A DNA stretch of 64,000 bases, taken from contig OZ241833.1 of assembly GCA_965202585.1 (NCBI GenBank), forward strand, positions 31,124,001-31,188,000, written 5' to 3'. The notes under the pieces were generated by a model that did not search any database, was not told the origin of the DNA, and saw nothing but the letters and a program-made list of their open reading frames with translations. The DNA is from Thalia democratica (taxonomy: Eukaryota). This document shows positions 1 through 11,900 of this stretch, one piece after another (positions within the stretch are counted from its first letter, which is position 1; each line of letters begins with the position of its first letter). The position numbers were made by a program, and so were the translations under genes.

Positions 1-605
1 ATCAACTTTCGTTTGATTTCAATCTTCTAGATACAACAGAACACCATCAAAGTTTGAAATACCAACCGGAGCTTTTGAATGGAAAATATGCGGATTACGA
101 TTTTGTAATGCGCGCAGTCGGGGAGCAATCAGATCGAAAAGTGTTGCACGTGTTCAAATTAAACCCTGCAAAAAAAAGCGAATCGGCCGAGCTGAGCGGT
201 GAGTATCTCTTCTTCAAAGGAACCAACTCCGACAAAATCATCGGCGTTCTTACTCACGGATACTATAGAAGCTTGAGCGATATTATTCACAAACTCCTCA
301 GCGCGCCAACTTCACTTGCACACGACGATGGGTATACCGCCACCACTTGGTTGGAAAAAGAAATTTCCAAAGGATCGAATTACCACGGTGGAGCTGATAA
401 GACTGTGAAGAAAATATCCTGCGTGTTTCTCGTCAGTTCCGGACACGCGCGAGAAAACCCGTTTTTCGACGAGGAGGAGGTGACGGACACTAGAGGGAGT
501 CGTGTTGACGTCCACTTGATCGGAAGTGACGAGCACAATTGGAAGGAGCCGTGCAAGGTTCCGGCGTACCTCGTCGTGTTCGAGTTGAACGAACGAGACT
601 GCTAA
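1..605 (+). CDS. PARP/ADP-ribosyltransferase-fold protein, copy 1 (3' part only, truncated by the window start)
   Basis: Frame is open from the window start (QLSFDFNLLDTTEHHQSLKYQPELL...VPAYLVVFELNERDC*). About 90% aa identical (19/183 differences counted by hand) to the C-terminal half of ORF 6013-7698. Confidence 0.8.
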   Translation, partial: QLSFDFNLLDTTEHHQSLKYQPELLNGKYADYDFVMRAVGEQSDRKVLHVFKLNPAKKSESAELSGEYLFFKGTNSDKIIGVLTHGYYRSLSDIIHKLLSAPTSLAHDDGYTATTWLEKEISKGSNYHGGADKTVKKISCVFLVSSGHARENPFFDEEEVTDTRGSRVDVHLIGSDEHNWKEPCKVPAYLVVFELNERDC

Positions 606-819
606 TGGTGGCACCAACGTCCCGGACAAGACGTTAAAAGGTATCCGAGCGGTGTACGACTAGAAAATCGAAAGGTTCTCTCATGCACCAGGTTTCAGAA
701 CTAAAATTTTTGTTCGTTTTTTTTTAGTCGTTTAATAAACATATAGTTATCAAATTAAATTACGCAGTTGTTAGACACTATACTACTTATATTTATATTT
801 TTAAGTAGGGTTTTAAATA
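1..819 (+). repeat. Tandem segmental duplicate of ~7094-7898 (ART-like gene 3' half plus ~200 nt 3' flank)
   Basis: Colinear match at offset 7093; similarity continues past the stop codon to 'ttttaagtagggttttaaa' in both copies. Confidence 0.9.
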
Positions 820-2748
820 TCATTTTTGGTTTATATTTACTAGCACTTTCATACGACTTATAAAACTATTTTATTTGTATTTTGGAAAAATCTAAACAGA
901 AAGAAAACTTTACTTACTCAAGATAATTATTTAATATATTAGTAAAGGCAATTTACAAACTAAAAAGCAAATTAGTATGTGCTTACTTAATTTACATGAA
1001 ATGAGTTAGAGTTTACTTTATTTTCAACTTTAAACAGCGTACTTAACACTTTATTTAAAAAAAATTAGACATTACTTATACTGCCTAAGTTGTTTATTTT
1101 AACAAAAAGCACTTCAAAAGGAAAGACGTTTGGCTTTGCTGGCCACACTGGGCTTGAATTTTTCGGACCCGTTATTTCGTTATTGATGGGTTTTATACAT
1201 CATAACAATTATTATCATATTTTAAACTATAGACTGCTAGATTCAATAAAAAAAATCTTTCCAATTAATTGTAAACGATTCGGGTTGCAAGGACGTGGTC
1301 CTCTAGTCGTCCTGTTCAAATGGTGTAAAATAAATATTAGATTCCAAAGTATGTCAGTTTTGTTATTTAAAAAAAAAACGTCACAGCTCCGCTTTAGGAA
1401 GCTTTTTCATAAGTACATGATTGAAATGTTTCAGCAAAAATGGAAGTTTTCGCCGAGAAAAAAAAAAATTTCGAAAAACATCCCTGCATATAAGAACTAG
1501 AGTTGCAAAAAAGCGAGCGGTTTCTGTATTCTAGATTTAAAAGTTTGCCTTATATCGTAAAGAGTCATTAAGTTACAAGAAACAATGTTTTTGGTTGTTT
1601 CTTTGTGGTATAGGGTTACAAAGTTTGTCATTTGTTTCGTCATTTTAGTCGAAGTCACGACATTTTGTGATCCAATCGTTGTTGATAGTGAGTTAGTGTC
1701 ATTTGTGTATTTTATAGATATTAAGCAGTTTTGAATATTTGTCGTGTATATAGACTTAACTGTAACGTAAATACTTTATTTAAGTTAATACTAATTTCAT
1801 TTATTAAGACCGTAAACTGACTTTGTAAGTTTTCGAGTTTCTATTATTTAAGAAAAATATTTAGTACACTTTAAGAAGATTTTGGTTCTATGTGAAACTT
1901 GTAACGGAACTAATAATCTTAATAGTAACTAAACTTGTAACCGATAAATCGGGTAAAGAAATAATACACGACTATTCTCTTACTCAGTAGTGCAGTAACA
2001 ATAATATTTGATTAATTATCCCAAAATCGTCCCCTTACTATGTCCTCAACGTGAGCACCATGACACCCTAGCCTTCCTCCTAGCGCTCATACGACAGCTC
2101 ATTAGCTTTTACAAATTTAGCACAAAGTAAGTTTATTACTAAGAAGTAAAAAAATTAAAATTTTAACAAAACAAAAACGTTAATAGTTTGAATACTACGT
2201 AGAGTTAATAGCGTTTAATAAACATTGTAAATTTAAATAACTGAATTCCGAAAAACTTATGATAGCTGTAACATTACATTGTATTTTTATAATATTTTCA
2301 AAAAAATGTATACAACATAAATTGTTTTAGTTGTACAGCTTCTGCAGTTTAGCAGCCCGAATTATTTATTATAAATTTATTTAAATGTTATAGTGACAAA
2401 TGAATCTTTGAAAATCTACTTTTATACACAAATTGTGTAAATAGATGCAATACTTTACTTGTTTTTTCGTTGACATGTAATAAATTACTTTATTGGTGCA
2501 ATTTTGATTTGTTTTTAAAGTCTTACCATGATTATAAAAATAACATAAACATTGTAAAAAGATATATTGATACACAACACTTTTAATAAAAGCATATAAG
2601 TATAATTTTTAAAACAAATACTATTATACATTTACAAAAGACTTACTTTAGTTAGACGTGTTTTGCTTGAAAAAACATACAACTGAGTAAAAAAAAAATT
2701 GACAGAGATTTATCCTGAGTAGCGTAACAATAAGAAATAAAAAAAAAT

Positions 2749-2861
2749 TGTGGAGACAGCGCCTACGGTTGGGTTTGAACCCAGGGGTTGTGAAATATCA
2801 TGTTTCTATGATAATGATCACCATGTATATTGAAGTAACCGTTAGGCTAAGCTACCACACG
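2749..2861 (-). mobile_element. tRNA-derived SINE head or tRNA pseudogene
   Basis: Minus strand has A-box-like TAGCTTAGCCTAACGG, B-box GGGTTCAAACCC, terminal TGTGG/CCACA complementarity and a T-run just downstream. The cloverleaf is imperfect. Confidence 0.5.
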
Positions 2862-3770
2862 ATTAAATTGTAGAAAACTTGTATATAAACTAAATTTTAT
2901 CTAATTACTACAAATTAACTAATTATTAAATTGGTTTTAGTAAGTTAATATAGATGCGATGCGCGTTATGCTAAGTTAATTTGTTAATATTTTTCTTTAG
3001 AAGCTTAAATATTTCAGCAGAGTTTTTACTTTTAAATATTAAGCTACTTACCAAACTTTGTTGCTTATTTTTTTAAACTAAGTTAATTTAATTTTTCTGT
3101 TTATAACTAATTTGAGACAAAAGTATGATTACAGAATTGAAATAAGTAAAACCGCTAAACTTCAAAAATATTTTTTTTTACTTGTTGGAGAAGCTTTACA
3201 AATGAAAATTTAAACAATTAGTTTTTAAAAAAACAAATTAAATGACATTTTTTTACACTATAGTACACAGAAAGTAAAGTACTCTTTCAAAAAAATTTAA
3301 TAAGGTTTATTAATATGATAAGAAAGCTAATGTTATGTTTTTTGTAGAAGCTTTATAAGAACTAAAACCACTTGTTTTATAATTGAAAAGCAAGTAGTGA
3401 CTGAAAAAAGCTAAGTCTATTTCTAAAATATTACCACTACATAATGTTATTAAGGAGTTATATTTTGAGTTGCTTACTACTGTTTATAGAAAACCAACAT
3501 TTGCTGGCTAATATATTCCATTTCAGTCATTTTGCCCTTTATCTCAAAAACTCGGTTTAATTTCCTGTTTAGTATTCATAGCACACAAGATTTGTTCGAA
3601 AAAGTTGTTTAAAGAAGAATTAGATAAAATAAAAATAAAATAAAAATAGGACGATAAAAATTTTTGAAGCTCTTTGTTATCCATCGCATATAATCAGAAA
3701 GACAATTAACAATACAATCTCAAAATTTGAAAAACTTGTTAAATATGGTCCTAGTAAATGTCCTGTATAT

Positions 3771-4274
3771 TTGAGATTGCCATATCTCGGTAAAGCAGCA
3801 ACTGCTCTCGAAAAGACTGTCAAATACACTGTAAACTCCACTTTTAACTTTGTACAACTAAGAATCAGTCATGCTACAAGAAAGCCCTTAAATGGAATTT
3901 ATAAAGACCGTACTGCCGATAATGAAAAAAGCAAAATAATTTATATGTACAAATGCCACTGTGACAGTGAGTACATTGGCAGAACGTCCCAGAGATTCCA
4001 TATAAGAAGGGACCAACACGTTTTAAATTCCCTCAGAAGATGGATGGACACTGGTTCAAAAAAAACATCTAATAGATCATCAGCGATTGCTGAACACTTA
4101 TTAAACAATTTAGAATGTGCAAAGAACTATAGTGATAGTAACTTTTCAATTTTAAGTAAAGCTGGTAATGATTATCACCTAAGTGTTTTAGAATCTTTAT
4201 ATATAAAAACATGCAAACCTAATTTGTGTAAGCAACAAAACGTTTATAAATCTAATCTTTATAAGTTGTTATAG
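3771..4274 (+). pseudogene. GIY-YIG endonuclease domain of the Penelope-like element
   Basis: IIYMYKCHCDSEYIGRTSQRFHIRRDQH...SAIAEHL...NFSILSKA...LESLYIK..KPNLCKQ; no ATG start, and the upstream RT frame is broken. Confidence 0.85.
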
Positions 4275-4489
4275 ATTTTATTTGAATTTTGTCGCTTATT
4301 TTTTATTTTCATTGTTGCTTATCTTAGTTAAATTACTGATCAACTGTTTTATATATGCATTTATGAATTGTGAATGTCTAATTGATTAATTTTTGCTCAA
4401 TTATGCTAATTAGTGTTAATTGATTTTTCTGATGTAACCTCTAACTATTTATTTACTCAAAATTTAATCTTAAAATTAGTTGCTAACAA

Positions 4490-4527
4490 AAGTAGTTGAA
4501 AAGCGTTAGCCGAAATCGATTTTACTT
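4490..4527 (+). ncRNA. Degenerate minimal type I hammerhead ribozyme motif in the PLE 3' repeat
   Basis: AAGTAG-TTGAAAA-GCGTTAGCC-GAAA-TCGA-TT-TTACTT: 6-bp helix I, GAAA and a palindromic TCGA helix III loop. The CUGANGA core is mutated, so it is probably inactive. Confidence 0.4.
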
Positions 4528-6012
4528 GTGTTTTGCTTTAATAAAGATGTTTTTGAATGAATTTTGTCTTAGATTTTTGTACAACATATGTAGCACTAAA
4601 AAGTTATATACTTATCTTTAATTTATCAAACAAAACTTCAAAGTTTATAGGCTCACATTCATTTAAATTACGGTTTCCTAAAGTTGGCGATAAAAGGTGC
4701 TTATAAATCTTTTCATTTTTGCCAATTGAGCCTTAACTAAGTTTACTTTAGGAAAGCCTTTTGAAAAATAATCTGAAACATTCCGTATACTTTCATTTTT
4801 CATTATTGATCAATAACTTAATACACATAAACACATCCAACGCAATATCTATTTTAGTTTTGATAATTAAGTTCAGTTTATTTTACCAATGTATTTTTGA
4901 GTTCAAAGAACTGGTTTTTATCAGAAAATGTACCAAAAGTTTTCTAATTTTTTTCTTTATGCTTAGCTTGCTTTATATACTCTTTAAATTTTACACCATA
5001 GTTGTCTTTGTGGCGATAAGCATATTGTCACAACTGAGTTTGTTTTTAGAGCAAGACCGTTACAATATATTAAATCTAGCGGTTATAATTATTTCTTTTT
5101 ATTTGCACTAAAATTATTAAGTACAAATGCATGAATATCTAAAATAAAATAGCTAAGTAATTACAAGAACTAGGTTAACATAAGCTCTAATTATGGCAAA
5201 CTATGTAAATGTTGTTGTAAAATACTACTAATTCATAAACTTAACACTGGTCTCCCTGTTTTACTTGAAAAGTAATTAATGCTCGTTCAGTGAAATATTT
5301 AAATGAACAACAACCAATGTGGTATTTTAGTTTAAAGTCAAAGTGTTCAAGTACATACAATCTTAAAAACTGAATAAAATACTTATTTAAAGGAATTTCT
5401 ATGATTACCCCAGCGTAAAATTTTAGTTTAAAACAAACAAAATTTTATTACGCTCCATCACTCAATTGGCCTAAAAACAAACAACTGGCAAACAATTTTT
5501 CAACTAAGATTTAAACACACATAAACAGTAGAAACATATATTGATACATAAAGGTTAACTTAAAGCTTATTATGAATCAATTATACATTAATTGACTTTT
5601 AAACTAGATTTGATTACAAGTAGTTTACTTCAAAGCTAACCTTAAGATACATGGTAGAGTTTTTTAATATAAGATAGTTTACCCTATTTTTAGTGTGTAT
5701 TTGACCTTATGAGTTTAGATTTGATACCTATAAAGTTGTGGCTTATCGGCTATTTTTGTTTTCAAAACTGTAAGTGCTATATTGTTAAGCACATATGTTA
5801 TACTTGATTTAGACTTATTTAAAACATTAAGTTACAATACTGATTTTTTTATTGACCTATCTTTATATTACTTAGCTCTAGTTGTTAGCCTCCTTTTTTT
5901 AATACTTACTGGTAGTTTAAAAAAATAAAGGAAAAATAATTTTATTTAAAATATAACTTTATTTTGCAGTAAATTTATTATACAACATTTGTTGAAATAA
6001 CTAAATAAAACC

Positions 6013-7698
6013 ATGGAACCTTCAAAACGCAAGTCAAAGGAGTTTTTAAGATGTAATCCTGAATATAAAGATTTTCTCTGCGGTTACATTGACGAACAAA
6101 AAGAAAAACTTTATAAGGAAATGGAAGCAGAGAAAAAAGATTTGGCAGAAAAAGCCAATGAAAATATTTTCGAATGCGATGTTGGTTGCTTCAAAAATGA
6201 CGAACTTCAAGGATTCAAATACAAACTTGATCAGTTACAAGGCAATGATGATGACTTCAAGCTCTTGGAAAAAACAATAAACTATAAAAATATCCCGAAA
6301 CTTACCTCAATTAGTCCTAACATCACTGACGAAGAACGGCCGAAAGTATTGAAAATATACAGAGTCGTCTCAAACGACAACACTTCAGCTTCTAATCGCT
6401 CAAAAGTTCTCTTGCTCCACGGGACAAAAGCCCCTAACGTGGGAAGCATCTTGAAAACAGGGTTCAAACCGTCGGAGGGGGGAACTTACGGACCAGGAGT
6501 GTACATGACTGACAGTTTTAGTTATGCGTGTACTTACAGTAAAGGTAGTTTCGTGCAAGAAAGTGGTTTAGTGAAAAACTTCAGGTACATTTTTGTGAAT
6601 GAGGTAGAAAAAGTTGAAGGACAAGCGGCACCTGATCATTTAGAAAATGCAACTTATGAGCAGTGCCTTAAAAACTCGCCCTTCCTTAAAGTTTTTCATA
6701 ATTCTTTGACGGCTTTTCTCGGCGGAATGGTAGCAAATTTAGAAGATACTTTTTGTGATGTTTTTGACAGCAAAGACAGAAAAGTTTCACAAGTCACTTT
6801 TGGAAAAGACTTTGCTACCCAAAGAGTTGTATTGGCTCACCACAGCTTAGTTGTCCCGGCGTACTTAATTGAAATTGAAGAAAAATTCAATTTTAAAAGT
6901 CTTATCGATCAAGTTGTTTATTTGAATTTTGGTCTAAAAACAAACCAGAAAAATAGCACAAACCAAATTAGCTTGATTAAAGATTCAGACCTTACTTTAG
7001 AAGCATTTAAAACGGCTTTAAAACAGGAAATAAACGCCAGACTTCAGGAAAAACTAAGTATACAATTGTATGCCAAAATCGAAACAATGATAGATCAACT
7101 TTCGATTGATTTCAATCTTCTTGTTACAACAGAACACCACCGAAGTTTGAAATACCAACCGGAACTTTTGAATGAAAATGGTGCGGATTATGATTTTGTA
7201 ATGCGCGCAGTCGGGGAGAAATCAGATCGAAAAGTATTGTACGTGTTCAAACTAAACTCTGCGGAAAAAAGCGAATCGGCCGAGCTGAGCGGTGAGTATC
7301 TCTTCTTTAAAAGAACCAGCTCCGACAAAATCATCGGCGTTCTTACTCACGGATACTATAGAAGCTTGAGCGATATTATTCACAAGTTTCTCAACGCGCC
7401 AACTTCACTTGCACACGACGATGGGTATACCGCAACCACGTGTTTGGAAAAAGAAATTTCTAAAGGGTCGAGTTATCACGGTGGAGCTGATAAGACTGTG
7501 AAGAAAATATCCTGCGTGTTTCTCGTCAGTTCCGGGCGCGCGCGAGAAAACCCGTTCTTAGATGCGGAAGAGGTGACGGACACTAGAGGGAGTCGTGTTG
7601 ACGTCCATTTAATCGGAAGTGACGAGCACAATTGGGAGAAGCCGTGCAAGGTTCCGGCATACCTGGTCGTGTTCGAGTTGAACGAACGAGACCGCTGA
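6013..7698 (+). CDS. Intronless 561-aa protein with two tandem PARP/ART-fold domains (first has H-Y, second degenerate)
   Basis: LLLHGT (H136), GFKPSEGGTYGPGVYMTDS (Y164) and PAYLIEIE are PARP catalytic-domain motifs. A second repeat reads LFFKRT...GVLTHGY...PAYLVVFEL. Confidence 0.88.
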   Translation: MEPSKRKSKEFLRCNPEYKDFLCGYIDEQKEKLYKEMEAEKKDLAEKANENIFECDVGCFKNDELQGFKYKLDQLQGNDDDFKLLEKTINYKNIPKLTSISPNITDEERPKVLKIYRVVSNDNTSASNRSKVLLLHGTKAPNVGSILKTGFKPSEGGTYGPGVYMTDSFSYACTYSKGSFVQESGLVKNFRYIFVNEVEKVEGQAAPDHLENATYEQCLKNSPFLKVFHNSLTAFLGGMVANLEDTFCDVFDSKDRKVSQVTFGKDFATQRVVLAHHSLVVPAYLIEIEEKFNFKSLIDQVVYLNFGLKTNQKNSTNQISLIKDSDLTLEAFKTALKQEINARLQEKLSIQLYAKIETMIDQLSIDFNLLVTTEHHRSLKYQPELLNENGADYDFVMRAVGEKSDRKVLYVFKLNSAEKSESAELSGEYLFFKRTSSDKIIGVLTHGYYRSLSDIIHKFLNAPTSLAHDDGYTATTCLEKEISKGSSYHGGADKTVKKISCVFLVSSGRARENPFLDAEEVTDTRGSRVDVHLIGSDEHNWEKPCKVPAYLVVFELNERDR

Positions 7699-8876
7699 TG
7701 GTGGCACCAACGTCCCGGACAAGACGTCAAAAGGTATCCGAGCGGTGTACAACTGAATAATCGAAAGGTTCTCTCATGCACCAGGTTTTAAGAATAAACT
7801 ATTTGAGCGTTTTTTTTTTGTCGTTCAATAAACATATAGTTATCAAATTAAACTATGCCATTGGTAGTTTTTTTTTTTATTTTTAAGTAGGGTTTTAAAC
7901 ACCATATCTATTGTTTTTTTTGTTTTACTCGAAAAGTAAGGTTAGTCTGTTCAGTGAAATACTTGAATGAACAACAACCATAGTGGTACTAAAGTTTTAA
8001 ATCAAAGTGTTAATGTAAGTATGCACAGTCTTTAAGCACGTTACTTGAAATATGAAAATATATGTATAATTTCTATTTGTTTGATAAGTAAGAAAATAGT
8101 AGGAATAGTTGATATTCTGTAAAAATATTTTATTGACAGAAACAATATAATTTCACAAAGATGTAAAAATAAATATAAAACCTGAAGAGTTATGACTTAG
8201 CTTAACATTTTTATTTATTATGAGATTATCAAATCCTTAGTCGTTTTTATATTGGAATTTGAACTGTTAAATAATGAATAAAATTTTTATATATAAATAA
8301 CAGTTTTAAAAGAATAAAAAGTTGTAAAGAAAGTAATAATAACGACTTAATAATTTTTTCAAATATAAAATTCATTATTAGATGTAAAGTATGTACTTCA
8401 ATGAGATTAAATAACCGTGTAAATAAAAGTGTTGTGTTTCAATAAAAATATGTTGTACATTGAATGTAAAAACAAATAAAAATCAGTATGCATATATTAA
8501 GCACTAAAAATATTAAAATTACAATGAATGTTATAAAGCATGCTTGCTTGTAACACATCAGTGATAAAAAGTAACTTTTTCACGTAGAAAACTTTTTATA
8601 CGAAATTTAAGTAAGAGGTCTATAAACTTTTTTCAGTCTATTGTAAAGTACTTTTTTGAACAAATTATAAAATATAAATTTTTTTACATTGAAGAGCAAA
8701 ACATTATAAGAAGACTTAAAAAAAAAACGTTGCATGAAATTACTTTGAATAAATATTAAATAACTTGGAACGTCACCGAAATAATAACTTTTCAAACGAA
8801 AACAATTTGCGTGACCCTGCGATCTAAAACCCTGTGTGTGATGACGTCATGTAACGATGGTATGTGTCGTCACATA

Positions 8877-8957
8877 TCACTTGTTGAAAGTTCCGAGGAC
8901 GATTGAGCCGATCACTATCAGCAATACGAAGCAGCAGACGATTATGCAGATTTTCTT
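8877..8957 (-). CDS. STX1: Paralog B terminal TM exon 10e (canonical STX1-type, with Cys-Cys)
   Basis: ttccattcaacag|[26 protein letters not shown]; phase 0. Confidence 0.88.
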   Translation of the reverse strand, partial: KKICIIVCCFVLLIVIGSIVLGTFNK

Positions 8958-11900
8958 CTGTTGAATGGAATAAAAAACTGTTAAAAAATTCAAAGTAAAA
9001 TGATCATGTTCTAAGCTAGGTACAAACCTTTTTTAAAAGTATTTTGTTTTATGGTTACATTTAGTTAAAATAAAAAGTTTGATTCGATACTTTTACAGTT
9101 GTTGAGTTCTGATTGGTTATCCTTTATAAAGACAGTATTAGGTCTGTCGATTTAATCTAAAAAAATAAATAAATAAGTTTAAACAAAAATTTGGAGAAAG
9201 ATTAAGAAGTATGACGCTCGAGAAACCCTTTTTACAGCTTTGATCAGTTTTGATAAGTTTCCCAAAACTAATCTTACGAAAAGTTAAGCCTAGTATTTGG
9301 TTATGATAATCTTTAATTATCTTAAAGTAGAACTAACCTTTTCGTTAAATTTTATCTAATTGAGCAAAACTTTTCATGTATTTATTTTGTTCAAACACTC
9401 AGAAGTTGTATTGAGGCGTACTAAATAAAGCTTAACTAATTTTACAGACGCCTAGTGTAAAGCGTTGTTTATTGGCTTGAAAATAGTGGTTAATGTAGAA
9501 AAAAACATAATTTAGTATCTTCAAAAAGCATTAAAAAAAATTGTATTTTATAATTTTTTATTACCAAAACATTTTATTGATATTTTGGACTAGTGAAAAA
9601 AAATATCAAACTGTTAGCTTTTTCACTTTATTTGTATTATTTTTTAATACGGAGTTACCATAAGTACATGTTTTATAAGAATATTTTCGCAGAGGAACTT
9701 AATCTTGTTTATCAAGTGTACTTAGTTGTCTACCGGACATGAACTTTTCGGCCAAGATCCGACTGAGTCTTTGACAGATTAAAAGAGCAAGTGTTTTTTT
9801 CCTTATTTGGAAACTTTTGCACTAGATTTCGTAATGAGTAATATTTAACATACCTTTAAAATAACCTTATATTTGTTATACAAGAATTTTAGCCTTTCAG
9901 CTCAATTCATGAACCTTTAATAAAATACTTGCACCAGGTTTCAAACACATCTAACTTTTAGTCTTATCTAAACCCACCTTAGCTTAATAATTTTTTCAGT
10001 TTAATTCCTTAACCTTTAAACAAAACATTTAAATTCCTTAACATTTAAAAAGCTTAAAACTTTTACTTTAAACTTTGATGTTAAATAATAGTTAGGTATG
10101 TAAGAAAAAAAGTTGGCAAGTTGAAATGCAAAAAAGCTTCTATTTTTGATTACATTTTATTGTAACTCCACTCAGAATAAATTAGTACATGTTTCTAAAA
10201 GTTAAAAGAAATAACTGATTATCCTTAAAAGTCAACAAATAGTTTCGCGTTAGAATTTTTTTACCAAATGTCTTATTTCTGGGAAAGATTTTCCTGGCTT
10301 TTTATTAAAAAAATTTGTACTAGATTGTTTTTACAAATAAAATCTTGCAATAAATTTATAAGTTTGGAAAATTTAGAACTTGCTCCAAAATTTATTCAGC
10401 AACTTTTACTTTGTTCTATCTATCTACTATTGAGTTTATTAATCTGAAACATTAGTAGTCTTTTCTAAAAAAAGCTTTATTCTTGTAGCTAAAAAAAATC
10501 AATTGATGAAGTTGTTTCTTAATTTTTAAACTAATTCTTAAGTATCTTTTCTTATAACAAAATTTAGTGTCTAGCTTTTTTATTAAAATCAGACCGGCTC
10601 TTAATTTGAAAAAAAATGCAAACCTTTTTTTTATGGATTGCTATTTTAAAGAAGATGCTTGTCATACAAACCTATGGAATTAAAGTTAACTGCCTTACAT
10701 TAAGTATTTACTTAAAAAAAAATCATTTTAATAAGTTTCAACTTTTAAATTAATTAAGTTAAGCAGTCACAGCTATTTTTCGCATACTTATCAAAAAATT
10801 AAATTTTAAAATGCATTAAACCAGCGGTTCTTAACCTGTTTTACTCCGTTTTGAAAAATAGTTACCAAACTTATCCCCAATATACAAAGTAGTGTTTAAT
10901 TTTGAGGAAAAAACTATATTATTTATTATTTTGAGGAACTTGTTGTTTAAAAATTATAAAAAAATGTATAATTCAAAGAGTTTATTTAATTTAAAAACAA
11001 TCACAGTCAAATGTTAACTTGTAATTTTAAACGACAACTAATAAACATTAATTTACATAACTTTACTAATGAAAATTTGGCCTCTAAAACAAGGTAATTT
11101 AACCCCAGGTTAAGAACCGCTGCATTAAACTATTAGTCAGTACATAAATGTATCTATGTGATCAGAACTAGTTCACAAACAGTTGAACAGAAGTTAAACT
11201 GTTTAACAACAAAATCATTTCAAGTATAAAAAGTTATATCAATAAATTTTCATGTTTGTTAATTTTCTATTTACTTGGACTTAACAAATTTAATAAAACA
11301 TGCACTGTGAATACTTAGCATACAACTTACAGCCTTATAATTTTAACACTTACACATTTAGATTTTAATTCTTAAATATTTACTAAAGATTTTTATAATA
11401 ACTCAATTTCAGATGAATCAAAAAATCAAGCAGTATATCTGTTTAAAAAATATAGCACATAAATTTTAACTATAAACTATATTAACTTAATATCATTAAA
11501 TACGCTTTTTAAATTTAAAAGCTCAAATTTATTAAATAAATTTTTGGAAAAAACATTGCAGCCGAAAATGAAAAAAATAAAAAAAGTCAATGTTTTTACT
11601 GCTTGCAATTTAAATACAAATTATTTTTAGAAAATTTTTATTTGAATAAATTAAAAAGATTGCTAAAGGACAGAACTAATAAATAAAGGACGAGTTATTG
11701 CAGTTTTATATTTTAAAGTAATAAATATACAAGAGAAAAAGGACATTTTAATAGTATAATAAAACAGTAATTAAAAAATAGTTGGCCGAAAAGCAGTAAA
11801 AATGCATAATTTTAATAAAATGTTAAAAAAATATGAAAAAGCTTAGTGTAGTAATTTAAAGCAGTGGTCTTCCATTTTTTTCAAATATGTATACATTAAA

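Larger units (their letters stand above)
3482..4560 (+). mobile_element. Decayed, 5'-truncated Penelope-like retroelement (RT thumb remnant, GIY-YIG endonuclease, pLTR-like tail)
   Basis: VYRKPTFAG*YIPFQSFCP (from 3482) and KLGLISCLVFIAHKICSKKLFKEELDKIK match PLE RT C-terminal motifs but carry stops. They are followed by the GIY-YIG ORF and a 3' region with a hammerhead-like motif and AATAAA. Confidence 0.85.

Noticed and set aside
312-629. Minus-strand 105-aa ORF (also 7476-7781, 6089-6280, 6282-6467)
   Set aside because: Antisense or alternative-frame shadows of the ART-like CDSs.
1090-1500. 136-aa ORF
   Set aside because: TTG start, low-complexity K/F/I composition and no motif; overlaps a probable repeat.
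1900-2113. Possible solo LTR (TGT...ACA)
   Set aside because: No target-site duplication (aaact vs aattt) and no second copy in the window.
4761-5111. 116-aa hydrophobic ORF
   Set aside because: Typical F/L/I-rich chance ORF of AT-rich DNA with a non-ATG start.
9725-9770. GC-richer patch that could be a short terminal exon ([10 protein letters not shown])
   Set aside because: Poor acceptor context and no supporting similarity.
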